Of a stretch of 44,242 bases of DNA, positions 34,973 through 44,242 are shown piece by piece. The stretch's first letter is position 1. Every line of letters begins with the position of its first letter. This DNA is from Octopus bimaculoides (Eukaryota). The notes under the pieces were generated by a model. It ran no database searches, was not told the origin of the DNA, and saw only the letters and a program-made list of their open reading frames with translations. The position numbers were made by a program, and so were the translations under genes. The DNA lies in contig NC_068983.1 in NCBI RefSeq assembly GCF_001194135.2, forward strand, positions 164,870,552 through 164,914,793. Reading direction: 5' to 3'.

Positions 34973-36561
34973 TAGCATTTCTCCTTATAACTACATTAAC
35001 AATTAATCTTAGTTTCCTGGCATCACTCGATTGTTTATTTTACAAACATTCTGGATAACAAAAGTTCTATTGAATGTAGAAAAGTTGCTACAAGCGCCAA
35101 CCAATAACGGCAAAGAATATTTTTTCCATTGTTGAATTCTAAAAGGAATCAGAAATGTTTGGCGTTGGCTCACTTGTTTACTCAGCCTAAGAATAGTTTA
35201 TAAAACCCTTGCATTCAGTCGCCATCAAATAATCAAAGCCACTGTTAGTCATTACTCAAATAGCAAAATTGATCCTGCATTGAGATGCCTGTACATCATG
35301 TCAAAAAGGAATGGCTATGTTCATGTGATGCTCCGCTTCTCATTTACAATGAAACATGGTTTCCCCGCCACAAACACTCTGTTTAATCGTCTCCTATCAA
35401 AAGAAACATTTATTTGGCGAATGTTCGTGTGTAGTGCCACCCACCCACACACAACATCCATAGACTGGAGTTAATTAACATCGCTTATACAGGTATAACA
35501 CAGAATTTTCAAAACCGTTAATTTCGAACCCTTTCCGGATTTTTCGGAACTAAGGCTTCCCTAGTCAGCGCACTCTAAATTAAACAAATATTAAATTGAG
35601 TTAAATAATTAGATGAAATACAGGTGACTGTACCTTTTTGCAAATTAGTGCAGATTATAAGAGGTTCCGGACCATCTGTACTCGGAAATACTGTGTTGTT
35701 CCTATATTACAACTTCAGGTCATGTCTAAGATGACCTTGTCTTGTATCGTTATGAGTGTATTACAATAAAGACCAATAGCATATTGTCCTCATATTAACT
35801 GACTATTAAAAACACTTCAACGATTTAACGAAGAGAGAATTGAAATGTTCTCATATGAAACAACACACTCTAATTGGAAACTACGCTGTTTTGCTTTGAA
35901 GTCTCTCAACCGCTCTTCGAACACAAATCAATAAATTACAGGTGCAGAACATATCTAAATTTCAAGGGATCTGAGTAGTTTGTCGCCGCCAAACGATATT
36001 TCTTTGATCTTATCTGAAAGGCCTAAATCCACCGAAGCATTTGTTTGCATTATCCAAAACGTTCATCATTTTTGGTTTGTTTTGGTTTGTTTTGTTCTTT
36101 ACCTCAAATTACTTCGCATCAGCATTCACAGTTGCAAATCTAAAATCACCGATAAGCTATATTCCTCTCTAATCCCTGCTGTTTTCGTTTCAATAACCAC
36201 TAATCCCATGAATTATTTAATACTGTATCACCTAGGTTATATCATTTCAATGAACTTTCTGTTCTGGTTAATCACATCAGGTTTATCGTAATTTTTTTCT
36301 ATTTTCTGCAAATTTTATTATAGTTCTCTTACAATTTGTTAACATTCCCATAATTTGTGCCTTCACTATTAGCAATTCCAATGAAACATTATTTCGCATT
36401 CGAAGGTTCACTCGCCTTCATTGGCCACCACCCCTAAATGGCAACGTTAGCTTCATTCTAACTTTACAAAAACCGCCATAAAAAAGCAACCAATAGAAAG
36501 CCTTTTCTTTTTTTCTTCCTCTCTTTCCTTTCTTTCCTTCTTTCTTCTGTTTCTTGTTATT

Positions 36562-36773
36562 ATGGCAAGCTGGCTGAATCGTTAGCGCGCTAGATGAAAT
36601 GCTTAGCAGGACTTCGCCTGTCGCTATGCCCTGGGTTCAAATTCACCCTAGGTCCACTTTGCTTTTCATCCTTTCGGGGTCAATAAATTGAGTTCCAGTA
36701 AAACACTGGTGGCGATGTAATCGACTAATCTCCTCTCCTGAAATGTCGGGTTTTGTGCCTATAGTAGAAAGGC
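36562..36773 (+). mobile_element. SINE family A, full length, ending in a (TTA)n tract
   Basis: tggcaagctggctgaatcgttagc...gggttcaaattc...ctttcggggtcaataaatt...gatgtaatcgact...tgtgcctatagtagaaaggc-ttattattatt. Confidence 0.85.
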
Positions 36774-37042
36774 TTATTATTATTGAGTGAGAGAGCAGTG
36801 TATGCCATCAAAGTGACACTGAAGTAAAATATACGAAACCCAGTATACCCATCATGATAAGGGTACACCAGGCACATGCATCGCAACAATATGTGCACGA
36901 CATGGTGATCTCATATTACGATAAATAGTGCATGACCTTGAAGGGGCCCAGTTAGAAATTTTCTTCTGGTTGAGTAGCCCATCCCGCTCAAAAGGTCCCC
37001 GAATAAGGTTTGTTTAAGGATAGTGAACGAAATACCCATTTT
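36774..37042 (-). mobile_element. Non-coding repeat ending in a (TAA)n tail on the minus strand (piece D of the stack)
   Basis: The minus strand ends ...actgctctctcactc-aataataataa. It resembles a dispersed octopod repeat from memory; the family identity is not established. Confidence 0.4.
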
Positions 37043-37114
37043 CGGAGTATTCGAGCGGTTCCAAGCAGTGCTGCTTTCTGCAAGCGCTCCACCCTTATTG
37101 CAGCCCCTATTTGT
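37043..37114 (-). mobile_element. 72-bp R4-type ORF C-terminus (piece E)
   Basis: Encodes QIGAAIRVERLQKAALLGTARILR and is 66/72 identical to the reverse complement of nt 554-625. Confidence 0.85.
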
Positions 37115-37547
37115 TTATTATTGTTATTATGATTATCATAGATGTCGCACAATGTACAATATCGTGAGATTATTGATTGTAGATATTGACTCTAGCAGGG
37201 GTCTGTATTGTTTGTCAAGTCAGAACGTGGACCTCAGACATTCAGTACTTTGCGCAATATACGTGCAGTTCCAAGTAATGCCAACTTTTGCGATACACCT
37301 AGATTGTAGGGTATTTCTAAGGTTTTCAGATGTTTTTCAGATTGGGTGATATTCAACCCAATGCTCTAATGATAATAGGGATAACCTTCATGTTTGACTC
37401 TCGTAGCTGCACATCTTAGCGATCTCAATTCTCAGGTCTCCATATTTTTCAACTCTTTTCTCTTTCTTTCATGATATGTTGATCTCCTGGTACTGCTATT
37501 ATTAAGTACTTTTGTTTGTTTATTATTAAGTACTTTTGTTTGTCTCT
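37115..37547 (-). mobile_element. R4-type non-LTR 3' fragment (piece B) with 3' UTR and TAA-like tail
   Basis: Reads RDKQKYLII..AVPGDQHI...KVEKYGDLRIEIAKM...KVIPIIIRALG...LEIPYNLGVSQKLALLGTARILRKVLNV*, with the tail at about 37115-37137. Confidence 0.8.
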
Positions 37548-38722
37548 CATCATTATTATTCCTTCGTAACACAGTGTAGGTAAAAATGCACCGGAGTCTT
37601 TAATCATCTGTCAAGTCACAAGGATCACACGGATAATACTTTCCTTAAGATGTGTGCTGTCCCCAATATGTCTTCTTCTAAGACATCAATCTTGCATAGG
37701 ATTTCCAGTTGCCTTAAGAAGTCTTGAAGTTTCAATGGGATTGAACCCAACGCTCTGATCACCACTGCTATCACTTTTACATTACCCTCTCACATTCCAT
37801 ACAGTCTTGCCTTTTCCACTTTCAATTCGGAGTACTTGGTGATCTTTTCAACCTCTTTACTCACAACGTTCATGTCATTTGGTATGGTTACATCAATGAT
37901 CTGACAGTATTTCTCTCTCTTATTCAATATGACAATATCCAGCCAATGCTGTTCGATTACACGATCCGTCTGAAAATCATAGTCCCAAAGTATTGTTACT
38001 TTTCCATCCTCCTGCATAACTTTACTTGGTACATGTTCATACCAGTTCTCTGTTACTTCATATTGGTATTTACGGCATAAGAGCCAATTGTAGCGGCGCT
38101 TGTATTCTTTTTGCGTAAGGCTCTCACATCCACTTACCAAGTGGGTCACATTTTCCACACTCTTTCCACAAAGTCTGCATATCTGGGTATCAGAGGTTTT
38201 AGAGATGTTATACTTCAATGAATTGGCGGCGAGAGCCTCGTCTTGTGTGCAGCAATGATCAGGCTTTCGATGGTATGCTTCAAATCACCTCACTCAAATC
38301 ATGCCCTCGATGCTGTATTGTTCTTAACGTTCTGTGTATTCCTTTCAAACTGTCCATGCATTCTCATTTCAAGAAAGTCTTCTTTTCTCTTCTCAGCTCT
38401 TTGGTTGAACTCCTCCTTGCCCATCATTTTATCTGCATTTATACCCATATTACAGCAGGTCTTCATCACTATTTATCAAATACTCGGCAAGCGTTCTCCT
38501 TATACAATGGTCTATGCTAATTAGTCCTCTGCCACCATTCTTTCTTTTCATGTACAGTCTGTTTATGTTTGCTTTAGGGTGTAGCGCCCCAGGCAGCGTC
38601 ATTAACTTTCTCGTCCTTCTATCCAGTGTTGATATTTCCTCCTTAGCCCATTTGAGGATGGACGCACTATATCTGACCACCGCAACTGCCCAGATATTCA
38701 TTGCGGTAATTAAATTTTTGGC
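37548..38722 (-). mobile_element. R4-type non-LTR retrotransposon, 5'-truncated, about 1.17 kb (piece A)
   Basis: Reads AKNLITAMNIWAVAVVRYS...LDRRTRKLMT..GALHPKANINRLYMKRKNGGRGLI...CRLCGKSVENVTHLVSGC...ILWDYDFQTDRVIEQHWLDIVIL...IIDVTIPND...GTAHILRKVLSV*, with the tail at 37548-37560. Confidence 0.9.
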
Positions 38723-38952
38723 ATTATTATTATTATTATTCAGTAGTCTTATTCTTATAACGTGCTTTCACTTCACTACCGAGCGCAGATTTGTGTGCCT
38801 TGGGTATGTGCTGTGGCTTGTTTTGGTGCTCTTATTTTCACTGTACTGAAAGCGCTTTAGATAGGATGTGTGCGGTGCCTAGCAGTGCTATTTTCTATAT
38901 GTTATATACATTCGTAAGTCCTGATTATATAAACTTGTAAGTCCTGGTGTTC
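38723..38952 (-). mobile_element. Short R4-type 3' end (piece C), flanked by (TAA)n on both sides
   Basis: Reads PGLT....NI*KIALLGTAHILSKALSVQ* plus a 3' UTR. TTA runs lie at 38723-38740 and 38953-38968. Confidence 0.8.
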
Positions 38953-40049
38953 TATTATTATTATTATTGTAAGTTGTTTCACCCGATTATATTTCTCTCA
39001 TTAAGTGACTTCTATTCACCCGTCTACAGTGAAAAACTATGAAAAAGAAAAAGCTAAATGAAATCATAAGATGAACTTAGGAACGTAATCTCTCGATTAC
39101 GGTAGCCATGTGGACTGGAATGTAAACAGTTGAGAGAAAGACACGGTTTTACTTGGCTTTGATTCGAAATTGGTTGTTATATTTGAATAATGCGAGTGAG
39201 ATAAGGTTTGAGTGCTGCAATTGATATTTCGTTTCTCTTTGTGCCTATCCGATGAATATTAATTTCAAATTCGAATTGCTATCAAGACTATTACAAAATT
39301 GCCAATGCTGGAAGGATTCTGCCAGAGAATTGAATTAATTGCATTCGAAGTAATTCTTGAACTGTAATCAAACGAGGACCTAGAAGGGAATTAATAACGA
39401 AGACGTTACCAGAAGTGAGTCACGTGCAAGAGCCAAAAGTGACTGAACGAATCGAAAACTCAAACAGTCGTACCAATTCTAAACTTTTTAATTCTTGCGG
39501 TACTGACGAATTAACCAAATAACGTTTTTTACTTCCGCGAGTATTCTTTGTCCTTGTTGGCAAGTTCTCCATTTGTAAGCCAGATACAGGCAGAAAGAAA
39601 ACAAGTGTTTTGTGCGTGCGTGCGCGCGTGTGTGTGTGTGTGTATGTCTCTTTGTTTATCTTTACAATGTTATTTATACAGCCTCCATCCCTTTCTTAAT
39701 TAAATAAACAGATAAATTAAGTAAAATTCTACCGTTAGAAGTTGAAACTTGTTCGCTTAACAGCATGTAGGTTAATTATTTAAAATATCAACTAGGGCAA
39801 TAAAGCATTTAATTCATAAAACCAGCCTAATTTACTTAATTATGATGTTGCTATAACGATAGGCAGACTGGGAATAAAACAGTGTTTTGTACAAGGAAGT
39901 AGATAGCAGCATCAATAAAGGACCAGAACATTACATTCACTTAGTTATTCATTTTTCTTTTTTAAAGTTTATATCTACAGATTTTCTATGAAATCTAGAG
40001 CCAGCACTGACGTTTACGACCTTACGAATACGTCTAGGCAAACAATGTT

Positions 40050-40230
40050 TCTTCTTTTACTTGGCTCAGTCATTTTGACTGCAGCCATGCTGGAGCACCG
40101 TCTTTAGTAGTACAAATCGACCCCAGAACTTAGTCTTTGTAAGCCTAGTACTTATTTTATCGGTCCCTTTTGCCGAACTGTTGTTTATGGGAACGTAAAC
40201 ATACCAACATCGGTTGTCAAGTGATGGTGG

Positions 40231-40271
<41 letters not shown>

Positions 40272-40631
40272 CATATATANNNNNNNNNNNNNNNNNNNNN
40301 NNNNNNNNNNNNNNNNNNNNNNNNNNNNNNNNNNNNNNNNNNNNNNNNNNNNNNNNNNNNNNNNNNNNNNNNNNNNNNNNNNNNNNNNNNNNNNNNNNNN
40401 NNNNNNNNNNNNNNNNNNNNNNNNNNNNNNNNNNNNNNNNNNNNNNNNNNNNNNNNNNNNNNNNNNNNNNNNNNNNNNNNNNNNNNNNNNNNNNNNNNNN
40501 NNNNNNNNNNNNNNNNNNNNNNNNNNNNNNNNNNNNNNNNNNNNNNNNNNNNNNNNNNNNNNNNNNATACATACATACATACATACATACATACATACAT
40601 ACATACATACATACATACATACATACATACA

Positions 40632-40663
<32 letters not shown>

Positions 40664-40840
40664 CATATACATATACATATATATATATATATATACTACG
40701 GGCTCCTTTCAGTTTCCGTTTACCAAATCCACTCACAGGGATTTGGTCGACCTGAGGCTACAGTAGAAGACACTTGGCCAATGTGCCACGCAGTGGGACT
40801 GAACCCGGAACTATGTAGTAGGGAAGCAAGCTTCTTACCA
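40050..40840 (-). mobile_element. SINE family B with an expanded internal (CA)/(TA)/(TACA) microsatellite and gap
   Basis: The 3' module lies at 40050-40235, the microsatellite and gap at 40235-40695, and the head at 40696-40840. Confidence 0.85.
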
Positions 40841-40906
40841 TTACTTGTGTGTGCGTGTGTCTCATTTTGAAGTGTTCCAGCTGGTTCTCAATTCTTAAAA
40901 CTGAAA

Positions 40907-41215
40907 GCACGTGGCTAAGGCTTAGGGTATTCGACTCACGATCGAAAGGTCGGAAGTTCAATTCCTGGCGGTGTGTTGTGTCCCTGAAAAGGACACTTTA
41001 TTTCACGTTGCTCCTGTTCATTCAAATGGCAAAAATAAGTAATATCTGTATTACAAAGGGCCAGCCATGTCACACTCTGTGTCACGCTGAATCTCTTTGA
41101 GAACTACGCGTATCTGTGGAGCGCTCAGCCACATGCACGTTAATTTCACTAGCAGACTGTTCCGTTGATTTTTATCAACTGGAACACTCGTCGTCGTAAC
41201 TGACGGAGGATCAGT
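40907..41215 (+). mobile_element. SINE family C
   Basis: gcacgtggctaagggcttagggtattcgactcacgatcgaaaggtcggaagttcaattcc (tRNA-like), collinear with 18723-19040. Confidence 0.8.
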
Positions 41216-42823
41216 TTAATTCTTAGAACTACGATTATACTCTCCGACCTCATAAGTTCGTTAGACATTCATTAGCGTAGATCATTTCATAATACTGAGG
41301 CATCAAAGTTATCTTGTTTTCTCTTGAAATATTAAAATATATGCCATTCATGCATAATTTACCAATTTATTTATTTATCGATAAAGTTAATTATCTGACT
41401 TTTGTCTACATAAACTGTTTTGTCAGAGCTAAGAATCTACCACAGAGACAGATGTGAAGTCTTTACAAACCCACGTTTTTATACTCCTGTTCATATGGTA
41501 ATCTCGATTCTGTTCTCATTTTTTCTAAACGAAATCAATATTTTTTCCAATATGTTCATTACAATTTTGCTTTTTATTTTATTTTACTCATTATTTTTAT
41601 TGACCCTGTCTGTTGTTAATGCGTCTTGACTTAATGACCGAGTGGGAAAGTTGTCCAATTCCTCGGTCAAAAGGTGACAGATTTCCTTAACATTCTTGAC
41701 ACTCCGGCATTCCCCCCTCCCCCAGTCCACTCATGTGAAATTAGATTTGATTGAAGGAACCTGTCAACAGTATGGTATCGATTGCGTAGCATCAACCCCC
41801 TTCCCTCCATACACACAATTTCATGCATTTGAACTAATTATTTCATTTCAATTGAATCACAAACAGCATCGTCTTTGCATTTATCTTCATTTATTTGTTT
41901 TGCTTCGTTTCGGTCTTTCTTCGTGCGGTTTAAAGAGTTAGAAAAATGTTTTCAGAGTCGTAGAAAAGATGTTTAGTTTTCCAGGATGAGTGCTTAATAT
42001 TGCGCCTGTAACCAGGAAATTTTGTCAGAAAGATCAATGCTGTCCAGTTGAAAACAAATATAGCATTGGTAATAATATGAATAAGCGTTCAAAGCTGAGA
42101 GCAACAGATTCAAAATATTAACTGCAGTATTGAGCCTAAGAAAATATTTTATTTCATTTTAATTGAGTGAATGGAAATGATCTTGTTGAAAGTGTGTCCT
42201 GTTTGAAGTTAAATAGATGTGCATCAATTCATTTTACTAATCATCATTTAAATTATTGACAAAAGAAATAACAGTCAAGGAGTATATAAGTTTTTAGACC
42301 GGATTTCACATTAATCATAATTATGATTAACACCGTACAACAATACTTTTAAAGATATTCTGTTGTCAGTGTAAACTCTGTTTTAACGAAGGTTAGTCAG
42401 CCAATAGAAAACCGTTAATGCTTAACAAACTCGTTTAAATTCGTGAGACGTATGGAAGGCATATATGAACGAGATAGAGATAGCAACATCAAATAAATGT
42501 TTTAATGTTACTACAAAATTAGGAAATTGATTTTACGTTGAATCGATATATTGATACGACTTTTACAACATTGATATATGAGATGGCCTTAATACTGAGC
42601 CATTCCATAAATTGGTTAGAAGCAGGCATCATGCTCCGCTTGAAGTATATAATGTTATATATGATTTTCACATTAGTAAGTATGAATATTCACCGCCCAG
42701 TAATGAGGATAAAAAAATTAGATTTCGCAAAAATAAAATGAATTTTCATTATTGTACAATATTTTATCAGTCAATCGATCTATAATTTACCCACGTATTT
42801 TGGTATCTATTTATTTCATAGAC

Positions 42824-42862
<39 letters not shown>

Positions 42863-43059
42863 TGAGAGAGAGAGAGAGAGAGAGGAAGTGAAAAATATTT
42901 GTGTGTCTGTGTGTGTGTGTGTCTAAAGTCCATTTATGCGAAACTGTTTTGGAGTACGTTCATAAAAAGCTTCTCTTCCAGTTATTCTGGCTCCTGTTTA
43001 TTATTCCTCTCCTCTCCTAGACCTGCGATGTATACATTACACCCCACTTAGAAAGATAT

Positions 43060-43700
43060 ACCTTCGCTGTCCAGAAACAGAAAATAGCTTGTAAATACCT
43101 GATAAACAAGTGGGCCAAAGATACCACCAAACCTCCACGCTGTGATAAATGTCGGCTCGGCTATAACAGTGAGGAAGACATCACCCACATTATCATTAGC
43201 TGCCCCAAAATGTCTACGAGATGCTATCTGTCCCTGAGGCATGATATAGTTGAAAGGACTGCCCTGACGTGTACATCAAAGGCATATCAAAACCAGCAGA
43301 TATTCACACCTTTAAAAACAAGGAATACTGGTGGAACACCGCATTAAAAACATCAATTCGGGGCAAACATAACAAACCTGATATTGTTCTGGGACAAGGA
43401 ACAAAAGTCATGCACTGATGTAGAGTTCAACTGTCCAGCGGATGTGAATGGACAAACAAAAATTAGGACAAATAAAACATTTATGGCAAATTAATGCAGA
43501 AAACTTACATCTCTTGTACCCCGACTATGAATTCTCATTTGTACTTATCATCAGAGGTGCACCAACAAATTTGCACAAAAACCAAGAAATACTCGGTTTG
43601 ACAAGAAAAGAGCAAAAGAAACTGACGCGGATTCCCTAAATCCAATCTATTAGTGGCACAGTGAAGATCTGTAAGACCTTGCAAATATTTTCTGAGAATC
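43060..43700 (+). mobile_element. Degenerate RLE-type non-LTR retrotransposon 3' end from a lineage distinct from the R4-type copies
   Basis: Reads CDKCRL..SEEDITHIIISCPKMSTRCYLSLRHDIV; KEYWWNTALKTSIRGKHNKPDIV/WDKEQKSCTDVEFNCPADVN; LYPDYEFSFVLIIRGA; IQSISGTVKICKT. This is a knuckle, RHD and PD-(D/E) nuclease, with frameshifts. Confidence 0.75.
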
Positions 43701-44242
43701 TTATGCGAATAGATGCAGACACTTGGGTGTATGCATCGACAGATCAACCAACACAAACGCATACTTACAAACACCGGGAAATCTCTTAACTGAAAAAGTC
43801 TGGCTTCTTTGTTAGTGACCGGCTTGAACTCTCTCAAGAATTTCAATTAGACTCAAAGAAAAAATCATACATACACACATACATATTGTTAAACAAGGAG
43901 ATGGCCATATTTTTTTGGCCAAATAAACCCAAGCACTAAGTATTTGACCTTCAGCTCAGCTTTATTATAACCATTTTAGCTTCTTCGTCAAAGCACGTTC
44001 GTCACACACCCCTGTGCCCACTTCAGTGAGTCATTATCCCATGTATCTCCTTGTTCTGCTTAGTCCGTTTTATCTTTCTGTGGTATGTAACCTTACCTCT
44101 TCATGCTTTTGCGTCTCTGTGTGTGTTTGCGTGAGTGTGTATTCGTCTGTGTGTCTGTATGTGAATCTATGCGTATGTTTGTTGTGTGTGAGTGTGTGTG
44201 TGTGTGTGTGTGTCTGTAGGCGCGCGTTTATGTGTTTAGTAT

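Noticed and set aside
554-37114. Inverted 72-bp match between 554-625 and 37043-37114 as TIRs of a giant transposon
   Set aside because: Both are the coding C-terminus of the same R4 subfamily, i.e. independent retro-insertions in opposite orientation.
651-40870. The longest ORFs in the track (e.g. 651-1724, 826-1545, 8134-8619, 10629-11396, 12009-12692, 28081-28557, 40066-40870)
   Set aside because: They are open only because they run through N gaps and stop-free microsatellites (poly-X, YIYI, HTHT, CVCV). They are not genes.
1-44242. CRISPR array or prokaryote-type defence system
   Set aside because: There is no regularly spaced repeat-spacer array, no operon-like gene density and no cas-like ORF. 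Repeated segments are dispersed SINEs in both orientations.

Overview
This is AT-rich eukaryotic non-coding DNA from a gapped draft assembly, with 12 N-runs that almost all abut microsatellites. The repeat landscape looks like a coleoid cephalopod, probably Octopus; that is inferred from recall of the SINE families and the microsatellite density, not from a database hit. I found no intact or recognisable host gene, tRNA, rRNA or CRISPR array. Nearly all long ORFs in the track are artefacts of N-runs or microsatellites. The supported content is transposable-element debris: at least 7 pieces of restriction-like-endonuclease (R4/Dong-type) non-LTR elements, a 1.9 kb CR1-group LINE, an RTE fragment, a Penelope-like GIY-YIG fragment, mariner, Tc1 and Tigger relics, and about 20 copies or fragments of three tRNA-derived SINE families (called A, B and C here). 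The best leads are: (i) a complete minimal type I hammerhead ribozyme at 17806-17842 beside the Penelope relic, plus variant-core relatives; (ii) a same-orientation stack of five retro-insertions chained through their (TAA)n tails at 36.8-39.0 kb; (iii) an almost fully paired 88-nt hairpin at 33337-33424; (iv) a roughly 125-bp inverted repeat carrying a convergent pair of CTCF-like motifs at 13.0-13.4 kb. I do not see evidence of a wholly new protein-coding system here.
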